Origin: Octopus sinensis
Lineage: Eukaryota
Reading direction: 5' to 3'
Length of the DNA stretch: 64,000 nucleotides
Assembly (NCBI RefSeq): GCF_006345805.1
Contig: NC_043003.1
Span: 49,538,001 to 49,602,000, forward strand
The notes below the pieces were generated by a model, which had not been told where the DNA came from, did no database searches, and saw only the letters and a list, made by a program, of their open reading frames with translations. A program made the translations under genes and the position numbers. Numbering within the stretch: the stretch's first letter is position 1; every line of letters begins with the position of its first letter. Below, one piece after another: positions 24,121 through 36,640 of the stretch.

Positions 24121-24312
24121 TGGCCAGGCAAACTGTAAAGCAACACCATCCCTACCTGAATCATGAACTTTCCTCTTCTCATTTCATTATATTGATTGCT
24201 TCTCACACCTGTCTTAACTGCATTATCACAATGTTAAATCTATCTGCAGATGCCCCATCTACATCTTTGGAACCACGTTTTTCCCCTACAAGCATCAAAT
24301 CTACAGATTTGG

Positions 24313-24755
24313 TTCAGGCGTAGCTGTGTGGTAAGAAGCTAGCTTTCCAACTACATGGTTCTGGGCTCAGTCCTACTGCATGGTACCTTGGGCAAGTGTC
24401 TTGTACTATAGCTTCAGGCAAATCAAAGCCATGTGAATGGATTTGGTAGATGGAAACTGAAAGAAGGCCATTGTATATGTGTGTGTGTGTGCATGTGTGC
24501 CTGTATGTGCATGTTTGTGTCTTTATGTATTTGTGTCTGTGTTTGTCTCCCACCACTATTTGACAACTGATGCTGGTGTGTTTATGTTCCTGTAAGCTAG
24601 CAGTTTGGCAAAAGAGACTGATAGAATAAGCACCAGACTTAGACTAAAATGAATAACTACTGGAGCTGATTTATATTATTAAAATCTTTTACAAGGTGGT
24701 GCCCCAGCATGGCCACAATCTAATAACTGAAACAAGGAAAAGATAAAAGATAAAA
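24313..24755 (+). mobile_element. family A SINE, full length
   Basis: caggcgtagctgtgtggtaagaag...actgaaacaaggaaaagataaaag. Confidence 0.85.
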
Positions 24756-24804
24756 GGTTAAAGCAAACATCAACCAACCATAATCACCATCATCATCATC
24801 ATAA

Positions 24805-25290
24805 TCCACCCCCTTTAACATCTGTTGTCCATACTGGCATGGGTTGGATGGTTTGACCAGAGCTGGTAAACTGGGAGGCTGTACCAGACTCTAGTCTGAT
24901 CTGGCATGGTTTCCTATGGCTGGATGCCCTTCCTAATGCCAACCACTCTGAGAGTGTAATCGGCGCTTTTACGTGTCACTGGCACAGGTGCCATTTGTGT
25001 GACACCAGTATCTGCCACAACTGCGATTTTGTTCAGCGCGATGTATCTTCTCAAGCACGACATAATGCCAAAGGTCTTGGTCATTGTCTCCATGAGGCCC
25101 ATTGCTCGAAAGGAACCCAGCCACTTTGTCTCCGTGAGGCCCAATGTTTGAAAAGAACTCAGCCACTTTGTCTCTATGTAGCTCGATGCTTGAAAGGAAC
25201 TCGGCCACTTTGCCTCCATGAGACCCAATGCTGCAAAGAAACTTGGCCACTTTATCTCCCTGAGGCCCAACACTTGAAAGGAACACAGAG
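24805..25290 (-). mobile_element. family C repeat containing a 42-bp minisatellite
   Basis: ggctggatgcccttcctaatgccaacc; 42-bp units start at 25087, 25129, 25171, 25213 and 25255. Confidence 0.85.
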
Positions 25291-25480
25291 AATCCTTATA
25301 GATGGTGACACTGAACAGATATGGTGTTTTCATACGTTTTTACCAAAAGAAAAAAATTTTCACTATGGTAACTGCAGTGAATAACAACATTCTGGAAAGC
25401 AGACTTGTGCAAAGGTATTAAGCATTAAGTCATGTCCTTCACAGAACAAATAATATGAAACTCACACACATATGTATTAC

Positions 25481-25532
<52 letters not shown>

Positions 25533-25540
25533 GACGTGAC

Positions 25541-25762
25541 TGTGTTTGAGTTTTAATCTGTTTCTATTAACAATCTTTCAGATTTCTTTATTAGCCCTTT
25601 ATGTTTAGTTTGGAACAATAATGTTTCTATGTCCATTAACGTTTATTGATCTTGTTAGTCGAGGTCTAGGAATATTATTGTTCCATACCACATATAAAGG
25701 ATTAATAAAGAAATATGAAAAGTAAAATAGAAAAATACATTCATAAGAAAAGCTTAAACACA
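25541..25762. repeat. older, decayed ~220-bp palindrome next to (TA)n
   Basis: tggaacaataat (25611) / attattgttcca (25674); pairing continues outward (tttctttatt/aataaagaaa, tgtgtttgag/cttaaacaca). Confidence 0.8.
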
Positions 25763-25832
25763 AAAACAATCATGTTTTTAACGTATGTGTTATGTTTGAA
25801 AGTAAAACTGTCTGCTACATATGTGTATATGC

Positions 25833-25863
<31 letters not shown>

Positions 25864-26369
25864 TGTGTGTTTGTGTATGTGTGTGTATGTATATGTATGT
25901 GTCTATGTTTGTGTGTGTAGTGATCTCTCTCTCTCCCCTCTGTCTGTTTGTCTCCCTCTCTCTCTCTCACTCTCTCACTCTCTCTCTCTCTATATATATA
26001 TATGTCAGCAATTTCTACAACCTGGCTGTCTACTGGTGCAAATCAGTCAATGTTGACTGTAATTTAGATAAAGCTATAGTTTTATAAGATCTGTTCAGAG
26101 TTGCCTCTCTTTGGTATCTCCCATTGATAAGAGCCAAGGAACTAGAAACACTGATGCCTGGGAATCCTGATAGATAGCAACACTGAACAGATATGGTGTT
26201 TTTATACCTTTTTACCATAAGAGATAATTTTCTCTATGGTAACTGCAGTGAAACCTTTTAGCAGTTGAAATATATCACAAACATATTTTAACCTAAACTC
26301 TGCTTATGCCTGTTGGTGCTAACATATATATATATATATATATATATATCATCATCATCATCATCATCA

Positions 26370-26650
26370 TCATCATTTAGCGTCCGCTTTCCATGCTAGC
26401 ATGGGTTGGACGGTTCAACTGGGGTTTGAGAAGTCAGAAGGCTGCATCAGGCCCAGTCTGATCTGGCAGTGTTTCTACGGCTGGATGCCCTTCCTAACGC
26501 CAACCACTCCGTGAGTGTAGTGGGTGCTTTTTACGTGCCACCCGCACAGGTTCCAGACAGAGCTGGCAAACGGCCACGGACGGATGGTGCTTTTTACGTG
26601 CCACCGGCAGGGGGGCCAGGCGAGGCTGGCAATGGCCACGATGTTTTTTA
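26370..26650 (-). mobile_element. family C repeat, CpG-rich (young-looking)
   Basis: tttagcgtccgctttccatgctagcatgggttggacgg...ttttacgtgccaccggc. Confidence 0.88.
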
Positions 26651-26994
26651 CGTTTTGTATATAAGAATAGACAAACAAACATATTCAAATATTAAATAAG
26701 AAAGTATCCAATATGTATATGTAGGTTTTAAGATGTATTTTTCAACAGAGAAACGTTTGACAGTGAATTTCACTAGTGGACTAATAAGGGACTGGTAATA
26801 GTTTTGAAGTCATTCACAATCTTTTCTTTGGTAAATCTGCATCATCATTCTTATTGACGTCCACTTTAACATCCTTGTTTGGGTCAGAAGGGTTTCATTG
26901 AGGCAGATATTCTACGACTGAATATCACCTCTCCTGTCATTAACCCTCGCCTGTTCCCAAGCAAGGTTATTTATCCCCTGTGGTATAAAGGCAG

Positions 26995-27195
26995 AACTTT
27001 TAGCATGCCAAACAAAAGGCTTAGTGGAATTTCATTCGTCTGTACATTCTGAGTTTAAATTCTGCCAAGGTCGACTTTACCTTTCATACTTTCGGGGTCG
27101 ATAAAATAAGTACCAGTTGACCACTGGGGTCGATGTAATCGACTTACCCCCTCCCCACAAACCTACTGGCTGTAAACCAAAATTTGAAACCAACA
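26995..27195 (+). mobile_element. family B SINE
   Basis: ttctgagtttaaattctgccaaggtcgactttacc...ctggggtcgatgtaatcgac. Confidence 0.8.
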
Positions 27196-28349
27196 TTTCC
27201 TCCATGGTCAGACATTTTTTACAATAGATTAGAAAGGAATGATACTTGTCTAAAACCATCATCCAACATCAAGACAAAGACACAGAAACACACACACGTA
27301 CATAGCTGATGGGCTTCTTTCAGTTTCCATTGAACCAAATCCACTAACAACGTTTCCCCTCTGTTCCTGACTCTATTTATCTGGCACTCTCCTTTCACAC
27401 CTTATGAATTTACTTATCTACCCTCTCACCCTGACCAATCCTCTGCACTGCTTCTCTTATATTAACCTTCCAATAATCAAGGGTATACCCTGTTTATATC
27501 TTCAACACCATTTTCTTCTCTTTTCTAACTGGGGTACACATATATCTCCACATAAAAACACCTGTTTCTGTCCCTCTACTATGCTTTGACCTCTCGTCAC
27601 CATGCATTAAGCCATGTACCTCATTACTACACCCTACCACACAGTGGTATTGAACCTGAAACCACAGGCTTGCAAAGCAAACTTCTTAGCCACACAGCAT
27701 TGAACAGTAGGCAGAAAATGCTCTGCAAATCAGGTCAGCGAAATGAGCTTTAAAGGTTTGATTCTCAAATGTAAACTTTTGGAAACAAATTCTTTGATAG
27801 GAAAATAATTAACTTCTGCACAGGAATCAAACATCGTGTGTCTCTTGTGTGTTTGCCTTCTGTTATAATTCCATACACTTCCAGGAAGCTTTATGGAGAT
27901 ATTAAACTCTGCTCAGATGATATTTTATTCTATTGATCCCAGAAGGATCAAAGGAAGAATTGATCTCATCAGGATTTAAACTGATAATGTAAAGGGTTAT
28001 AGCTAAACAGTGCAATTTGTCTGAAGATCTAATGATTCCACCAATTCACCCTTTAAGCATATATGTTAACCATTAAATCAACAAGACATTACCATTGCAC
28101 CAAGAATCCTTGGCTATTTATTTTTTAAAATATTTAGTATTTTTATATTTATTTCTTATACCACACCTCTGTTTTATTAACCATCTTTCACACACTCTCT
28201 CTCTCTCTCTCTCTCCCTTGCGACTCTACATCGATGCCTATCACTTACACTTCCTATGGGTATATCACAACTGCAATACATCTGTTGCTCTTTCTTATTC
28301 CATCAAATTGCTCATACTCTTTCTCTATTTTGCTTCCTTAACAACAAGT

Positions 28350-28386
<37 letters not shown>

Positions 28387-29074
28387 TTCCTTTCCCTATC
28401 ATACCCTTACCCCTATCACACTCATGTCCATCATACTCTCTTCTTTTATTCTTGTGGTCCTTACTCTCATTTGCATTGATCATCTTGCTCAAATCTGTCT
28501 CAAAACAATGAAGGTAGTGCAGAGAGGAGAGAACTCAATAGTCTTGCAGGAGACAAGGCAACCACTCCAGTGCTGGTGCCATGCTATAAAATACATTCAG
28601 TTCAATCTATTGTCATTGGTAAATTAATGGAGACAACATAGGGTAGAGATTACTCTTTAGTATTGTTGAATTCATGACGACATCCATAACGCTGATACTA
28701 TGACAAAGGGCCCGTAGAACATTCTGTAAAGTAGTCAGTATTAGGAAGGACATCTAGACATAGAAAACCACATGGGAAATGGAATATATGGGTGAGGTAG
28801 AGTCTGTTGACCATGGAATAAGAAATGTTGAAACTATGATGAAATGTTTAATGCATACTTGTCTGAAAAGCAGATGTAAAATGATGATGTTGTTGATGAC
28901 GATGATGCTGACACCAATGGTGATGATGGCAATGGCAAAAACAACAACGATGACAATGTTGATGATGATGACAACTACGATGATGTTGATGATGATGATG
29001 ATGATGACAATAATGAAGATTGTTTCTAGCAAGACAATTTCTGAAATACAGAAGAGAGTGCCAGTTGATGTCAT

Positions 29075-29215
29075 CAAATCTGGTACTCAACTGGTAGCGT
29101 GTATTTTGTTAACCCTGAATGGATGAAAGGCAATGTCACCTTTGGCAGGATTTGAACTCAGAATGTAAAGAGCTGAAAGATATACTGCAAGGCATTTTGT
29201 CTAGCAGTCTGCCAA
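29075..29215 (-). mobile_element. family B SINE, degenerate
   Basis: ggatgaaaggcaatgtcacctttggcaggatttgaactcagaatgtaaag. Confidence 0.75.
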
Positions 29216-29242
29216 TCCAAACAAAGTCGTTGTTTGTTCCTT

Positions 29243-29530
29243 CTTGAGCCATACTTGGCTCATAAGTGCTAGTTTTCCGGTTTCCTTGGCATATAGGTTC
29301 CCCACCTGGATGAGATGCCAGTCCATCTCAGGTGTGTTGCTAGATGCAGGAGGAAAGAGTGAGAGAAAGTTGTGGCGAAGGAGTCAGCAGAAGTTCGCCA
29401 TTACTTTCTGCTGGAGCAGTGTGGAACTTAGATGTTTTGTTCATAAACACACACATCACCTTGTCTGAGATTTGAACCCGTGATCCCATGACTATGAGTC
29501 CACTACTCTAACCACTAGGCCATGTACCTC
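29243..29530 (-). mobile_element. family F-head SINE with gatggactggcatctcatccagg-type tail
   Basis: Head aggtacaTGGCCTAGTGG...GGTTCAAATCtc; middle module gagtgagagaaagttgtggcgaa shared with 45708-46055. Confidence 0.75.
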
Positions 29531-29914
29531 CATTGATCTAAACAATAATGTCATACATTTTGAACATGCTAAATAAATCAATAAAATATAGCATAAAAAA
29601 CTTCAAAATCAGAATAAAAATAATATGCTGTTGTGTCTGGGGTGAGTCATTTTCTTTTTGTGCCTTATAATTTAACACACTCACTGGTAAAATTTCCACT
29701 TATTCCTTATTTTCATTTTCCTAAAATCTTCGTTGCCTCTTGCAACCTTTTCAATAGTCTTGACTATTATAAGGCACAAAAAGAAAATAACTCTCCCCAG
29801 ACACAACAAAATATGCTTCAACACATGAACTCACATAAAGAATCTTGCAAACCAAATCCAAAAACGAAAAATAATATGATTCATACAATAAAGTTGTATT
29901 GCAGAATTAGATAA

Positions 29915-30340
29915 AGGTGGCGAGCTGGCAGAAACGTTTCCATGCTGGGTAAAAAATGCTTAGTGGTATTTCGTCTGCCGTTACGTTCTGAGTTCAAATT
30001 CCGCCAAGGTCGACTTTGCCTTTCATCCTTTTGGAATCGATTAAATAAGTATCAGTTACACACTGGGGTCGATATAATCGACTTACTTAATCCGTTTGTC
30101 TGTCCTTGTTTGTCCCCTCTGTGTTTAGCCCCTTGTGGGTAGTAAAAGAACAGGTATTTCATCTGCCACTACGTTCTAAGTTCAAATTCTGCCATGGTTG
30201 ACTTTGCTTGTCATCCTTTTGGGGTTGATTGAATAAGTACTATTTGCGCACTGGGGTCGATATAATCGACTTAATCCGTTTGTTTGTCCTTGTTTGTCCC
30301 CCTCTGTGTGTAGCCCCTTGTGGGCAGTAAAGAAATAAGA
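29915..30340 (+). mobile_element. family B SINE head-to-tail dimer
   Basis: Full head at 29917; second unit restarts at ggtatttcatctgcc (~30153). Confidence 0.88.
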
Positions 30341-30429
30341 ATTAGATAAAGTTTCATAACTAGCACAGAACAAATATTACTCTTTGGGAAAGGACCAGGA
30401 AGAAGTATATATGCCTGTATTTCTTTTGT

Positions 30430-30650
30430 TCTTTTACTTGTTTCAGTCATTTGAATGTGGCCAGGCTGGAGCACCGCCTTCAGTTGAGCAAATCGACCCC
30501 AGGGCTTATTCTTTGTAAGCCTAGTACTTATTCTATTGGCCTATTTTGCCGAACCGCTTAGTTACGGGGAGGTAAACACACCAGCATCAGTTGTCAAGCA
30601 ATGTTGTGCGGGGGCAAACACAGATACACAAACATATACATACATACATA
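30430..30650 (-). mobile_element. family A SINE 3' half
   Basis: ttgtttcagtcatttgaatgtggcc...caaacacagatacacaaac. Confidence 0.85.
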
Positions 30651-30914
30651 TATATTCATCTAACCCATGTTAGCATTGAAAATCAGACATAAATGCTAAT
30701 GCATGAATACAGGGAGAGATCTAAGAGACCAGAGAGAGAATCCTACCATGGCATGTGTTACAAAAGTAATGTAAAGAGTTGTTGTTTCCCCAGACAGGAA
30801 ATTCCCATCCATGCCTCATTGCTGTAAGCTAATCTAACATAAGATGAACCAGAACATTGTGTCCAGGCCATGTGCACTGCAGTAATTTTGAGAAGATCAA
30901 TGTTTAGAAGCATA

Positions 30915-31146
30915 GCATATGTGTGTATATATACATGCCTGTGTGCCTCTCTGTGTTTGTGTGCATGTGTGTGCCATGCACATGTATTTATATAGTTATA
31001 TCTTTATATGTATATATATATATATATATATGCATTTATGTATGTATGTATGTAGGTATGCATGTATGTATGTATGTATGTATATGTGTGTGTGTATACA
31101 CATATACATATATATATATATACACATATATATATATATATACATA

Positions 31147-31178
<32 letters not shown>

Positions 31179-32135
31179 CATAGACATATACATGCATGTA
31201 TACTTATATATATGCATATAAATATATATGTGTGTGTGTATGAATGTGTGTGTGCACATATTTGTGCACATGTTTGTGTATGCGTGTGGATGCGTGAGTA
31301 TATAAGCATGTATGCACGTCTCAGTGTGTAAATATGTCTGAGTATGTATATATGCACATGTATATATATGTATATATTTATGCACACATGCACACACACA
31401 CGCACACATCCGCACATGTACATATGTACACATTAAGAGGAAGAAAGAAATCATGAGAGTGTGAGTGAAAGGGAGAGAAGGAAATGAATAACAACGCCAG
31501 CTAAGACCCGAAACTTAATATATCCTGACATACAGCAATTTTCATTCTGTATTAATGGAAGATTATCAATTCGACAACTTGTCCCAAGACCACTTCAAAA
31601 GAAGTGCCAAGTGCTGAGTTAATTAAAAATCTATAAAAATGTTTAACTATGCAAATCAATAAACTCCCACTTCACTTCTGTTTTAAAATAAAACAAAAAT
31701 ATAATATATATATAAATATATTTGCACATATATATATACATATATATATGTATATATATATGCATACTCACAGACATACATACATGCATATATATATATG
31801 CTTACATACATACATACATATATGTGTGTGTGTTTGTGTGTGTGCGTGCATGTGTGTGTTTACATATATACATGCATACATATATATGCACACACACACA
31901 CACATATTTATACATACATAAGCATGTACATATACAGTACACATATACATATACAATACACATGTACATATATAGTACACACAAACACATATATACATAC
32001 ATACATACACATGTATATGTATATGGATATAATATATATATGTGTATGTATATATATATGTCTCTATATATATGTGTGTGTATATATATGTATATATATG
32101 CATGTACATATATAAACACATATATGAATATTTAT

Positions 32136-32183
<48 letters not shown>

Positions 32184-32240
32184 ATATATATATATATCAT
32201 TATTATCATTATTATTATTATTATTATTATCATCATCATC
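30915..32240. repeat. two compound TA/CA microsatellite fields flanking a short unique island
   Basis: 30915-31430 and 31700-32240. Confidence 0.9.
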
Positions 32241-32942
32241 ATTATTAATTTGTTGTTGTTATTGTTGAAATTTGTTCTTTGTGTTAGAATTTTAGCATTT
32301 TCTTTGTTTATTTTTTTTTTAATAATAATTGTTTTTTTTTTTGTCTTTGTTTGTCTTTATATTTACCTAAGCTTTAGAAATATTGATCTAATTCACTTTC
32401 TAATTCAGTTTGTGGTCTCTGTTAGCTTTTTAAAAAAATGTAGTTGTCGTTGTTGTTAAAATTGTTTTATATTCATAACATTGAGATTATAATAATAGTC
32501 ATCATCATCACCATCATCATTGTACTCATCATCAATTCTTACTCTATTATCTTATGCATAAATTAGCATGTTTCTGTGTATGTATATACATGAATGCTTC
32601 AATGAGACGATGTAATAGAAATATATAATTTTGCAAGCAGGAAAAGAGATAGAAAGAGAAGTATATTGGTATTTAGAAATATATATATACTCTTATACAT
32701 ATCTATATATAATATGCATATGGTGCTCCAGCATGGTGACAGTCAAATGACTGAAACAAATATAAGAATAAAAGAAAGAACATATATATGTTTGTGCATG
32801 TGTATCTATTCATGTGTTTGTATACACACACACACATATATACAAACATGCATATATGTATCTATAGATACATATATATATACATAAATATATATATAAA
32901 TATTTTATAATTATATACATAATTATAACAAGGGCTTGGCTT

Positions 32943-32982
<40 letters not shown>

Positions 32983-33254
32983 TATATATATGAATGTATA
33001 TGTATATATATATACATGTACGCACACATACTGTAGTGTAGCAGTTTGGCAAAAGAGGCTGATAGAATATGTACTAGGATTCAAAAATTAATTGCTAGGA
33101 TTGGTACGTTTGGCTAAATATTCTTGAAGGCAGTGCCCCAGCATGGCCACAGTCTAATGATTGAAACAATTAAAAGATAAAAGATATATTATGTGTGTGT
33201 GTGTGTGTGCGTGTGTGTGTGTGTATGGATGTATGTATATCAATATCAAAGGAA

Positions 33255-34412
33255 AGTTAACTGGGAAGATAGTTTTTGTGTGTGGCAGATGCACAGGAGT
33301 AATAAACACCAAAGATGCACAGAAAACAGCTTTTGTCACATGCCATGGGGAGAAACTAGAAGTAATTGATAGCTTCCACTACCCAGGTGACCAATTCTAT
33401 AGTTGAGGTGGATGCGCTGAAAGCATAGCCACTAGAAAAAGAATAGCCTGGACAAAGTTCAGAAAAATCCTACCTCGGCTGGTAACAAAGGGCCCCTTGC
33501 TCAAAGTGAAAGGGAGACTGTATGATGCATGTATGCAAACAGCCATGCTACATGGCAGTGAGACATGGGCCATGACTGCTGAGGATATACATAGGCTTGA
33601 AGGAAATGAAGCTAGTATGCTCCGCTGGATGTGTAATCTCAGTGTGCATACATGACAGATTGTAAGTGCCCCGAGAGAAATGTTGGACATAAGAAGCATT
33701 AGATGTGGTATGCAAGAGAGACAACTTGATGAGAGAGCTGTGTGAATAAGTGTCACATCCTAACAGTGAAAGTAACCCATGGAAGTGGTAGACCTAAGAA
33801 GACATGAGATGAGGTGGTGAAGCATGAATGTCAAACGTTGGGCCTCACAGAGGCAATGACAAGAGACCAAGACCTTTGGAGATATGCTGTGCTTGAGAAG
33901 ACCCAGCAAGTAAAGCAAGATCACTGCTGTAGGTGATACCAGTGTCACATAACCAGCCCAATAAAAAGTACCCTTGAATTGTTGGGTGATATGCTATGCT
34001 TAAGAAGACCTATTGAGTCAAGTAAAATCGAAATCAAAATGGAAATCATAGTTATGGCCAATGTCAGTGCCACTTTACTGGTGCCTGTGCTGGTTGCATG
34101 TAATAAGCACCATTCAAACGTGGGTCGATGCAAGTGCTGCCTGACTGGATCCCTGTGCACATAAAAAGTACCATCCAAGTGTTTTTGATGCCAGTGCCCC
34201 ACCAACTGGCTTGTGTGCTAGTGGAATGTAAAAAGCCCCATCTGAATGTGGTCGATACCAGTTCCACCTGACTGGCTCCTATGCCAGTAGTATGTAAAAG
34301 GTATCCACTAAACTCTCAGAGTGGGTGCCATCTACTGGCTTGCCAGTCTTCAGTCAAACCGTCCAACCCATGCCAGCATGGAAAACAGATGTTAAACGAT
34401 GATTATGATGAT
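33255..34412 (+). mobile_element. 5'-truncated, degenerate RTE-clade LINE with 3' UTR and (GAT)n tail
   Basis: Translates with shifts as FVCGRCTG...EKLEVIDSFHYPGD...RIAWTKFRKILPRLVTKG...KVKGRLYDACMQTAMLHGSETWAMTAEDIHRLEGNEASMLRWMC; same family as 2532-3524. Confidence 0.9.
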
Positions 34413-35204
34413 GTATGTATATATAAATATCTGGATATATATGTATATATAAGCATATGTACCTCTCTCTCAATATTATATACATTTATATAATGTTCAT
34501 GCAGTTCTGCCAATCTATTGCCCTGGATGGCCACTTTTATAAACAACTCAAAAAAGAAAATTTGATGAAAGACAAAATTGAACTCCACGGGATTTGAACT
34601 TGCTTCCTACATCATTGGACAGCCATGTTGCTTTCTACACCTCATTCCTATCACTTTTGTTTTTGATATTACTGATTTACTTTATTTTCTCAATAACTCC
34701 AGTGCTCATCTAGCATGTGACATGTTCAATAGAATTAGGAGATGGAACTAGAAACTTAACATTCACTTCATTTCGTAAAAAAAAACTCAAAAAAAAAAAG
34801 CACAAACAAAAATTTGTAGAAAGAAAGAAATTCTAATATTTAAAAAAAATTTATTTTGTTTAGTAATCATAACTAAAAAATGTGAACTTTCTAGCTTCAA
34901 TATTTTTCCGATATGCCACAGTAAACATTGAAGCAAATTATTCAAACCGGGAAACATAACCAAAACAATGGCACCTAATTTTTTGGTTGTTGGATATGTT
35001 GAATGGGGAGGAAAGAAGTGAATAATAAGAGAATACCATGATGATAGAAAGCAGCATTATTACCAAACAGTTCAATATGTGGAAGCGTTTATAACATATT
35101 AATAATCTTAAAACTTATCAAGGCTTTGTTTTTTGGATAATAATATTGTTTTTTAAAATGTTTTTCTAAACAGGCATGATTATAGGAATGATCATAGCTA
35201 GGTT

Positions 35205-35590
35205 ATTAAAAAGCTCACTTTGGAACCATATGGTTTTGGGTTCCGTCTCAGTGTGTGGTACCTTGGGCAAGTGTCTTCCACTATGGCCTTGACCAATGTT
35301 TTGAGAGTGAATTTAATTGATGGAAATTGTCGTATGTATGTATGTTCATGTGCATGTGTGTGTGCGTGTGTGTGTGTGCATGTGTGTGTGTGTGTGTGTT
35401 CTCACCCACTGCGCAACAGCTGGTGTTGGTTTGTTTGTATCCTTATAAATTAGCAGTTCAGCAAAAGTGACCGATAAAATAAAAGTACTGGGGTTGATTT
35501 TTTTTTTTGTTTTTGTTTTTACTAAACCCTTCCAGGTGCCGCCTCAGGATGGTTGCAGTCAAATGACTGAAATAAGTAAAAAATAAAAGA
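35205..35590 (+). mobile_element. degenerate family A SINE
   Basis: ccttgggcaagtgtcttccactatggcc...gcagtcaaatgactgaaataagtaaa. Confidence 0.75.
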
Positions 35591-35858
35591 TATTTTCTGT
35601 CTAGTTAAAGAACGATAATACCACCTGAGGCTATTTTGAGGCTATTTTGAAAATGAAAAGTTTTAGGGTTTTAACTCTAACTTTTCTGAAATATATAATG
35701 TTTTCATGAATTGGTAATATTGGGTTTAGACCACAAACACTTTCAGGGACCAAATACCCTCAGAAATTGCAATGGTGTCAGGTCATCATTTTCAGTGTAT
35801 AATAATGGTAATTCCACATCTCAGATATTCAGACAAAAGATATTGTCTTCATGTAGAG

Positions 35859-36199
35859 CAGGGCTTCTAAACCATTTTTTGTCTATGGACCCCTTTGATT
35901 ATTATTTTATTCTGGGGGACCCTCATAGACATTCAATGTTTAAAAACTAGTTTTATAGAAACTTCTTTCCAAAATTCCTATTTTGTTTTTCACACATTAA
36001 CTTGTGTAGGTTGAACTATGTAAAATGAAAGAGACCTAGCTGTTTTTTGGAATATATACCAATACATACATCTAAAGAAAATTCTTTCAGGGCCCTTAAA
36101 ATGCTACTGTGAATCCCCAGTTTACTATTTTGTTTTGTGGACCCCCAAAATCTTATATAGATCCTCAGGAACCATATGGACCCCGGTTGAGAATCACTG
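35859..36199. mobile_element. hAT (Charlie-type) MITE
   Basis: TIRs cagggcttctaaacc and (rc) cagtgattctcaacc; identical 8-bp TSD ATGTAGAG at 35851-58 and 36200-07 with central TA. Confidence 0.9.
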
Positions 36200-36444
36200 A
36201 TGTAGAGTCTTAAGAACAAGGGTGTATGAAAGACTTCATATCATTCCCAACTGTGTTGTCCCCTGATACTGTTATCCACCCTTATGTCATACAGGTAGCC
36301 ATGTATCTCTTATATAGCAAGACACCTGTTCCTGTCCCTCATTCCTTCAATCTTACTTTAACCTCTCAAAGCCTGGCATATAATTGCTTCCCTCCCTACT
36401 ACACCCTCATTCAGTCAAGGTAGCTTGTCTTGAGAATTAGTTGA

Positions 36445-36640
36445 TTCTCACTAGCACTGGTGCTATGTAAAAAGCAATCAGTACACTCTGTAAAATGGTT
36501 GGCATTGGGAAGGGCATTCAGTCAAAAAGATTATGCCAAAGCAGACACCTGAGTTCAGTGCAGTCCTCCATCTCATCAGATCCTGTTAAACATCCAACCC
36601 ATGCCAACAAAGAAGACTGATGCTAAAAGGTGATGATGAT
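36445..36640 (+). mobile_element. family C repeat
   Basis: gtacactctgtaaaatggttggcattgggaagggcattcag...tgatgatgatg. Confidence 0.75.

Noticed and set aside
25087-25284. CRISPR-like appearance of the 42-bp array (and of the RTE UTR modules at 3020-3350)
   Set aside because: Contiguous degenerate units with no unique spacers, no cas genes, eukaryotic retroposon context.
25596-25700. Pre-miRNA-like hairpin
   Set aside because: Pairing extends to ~220 bp, far beyond a Drosha-type stem, and neither arm resembles a miRNA I recognise; treated as a decayed palindromic element.
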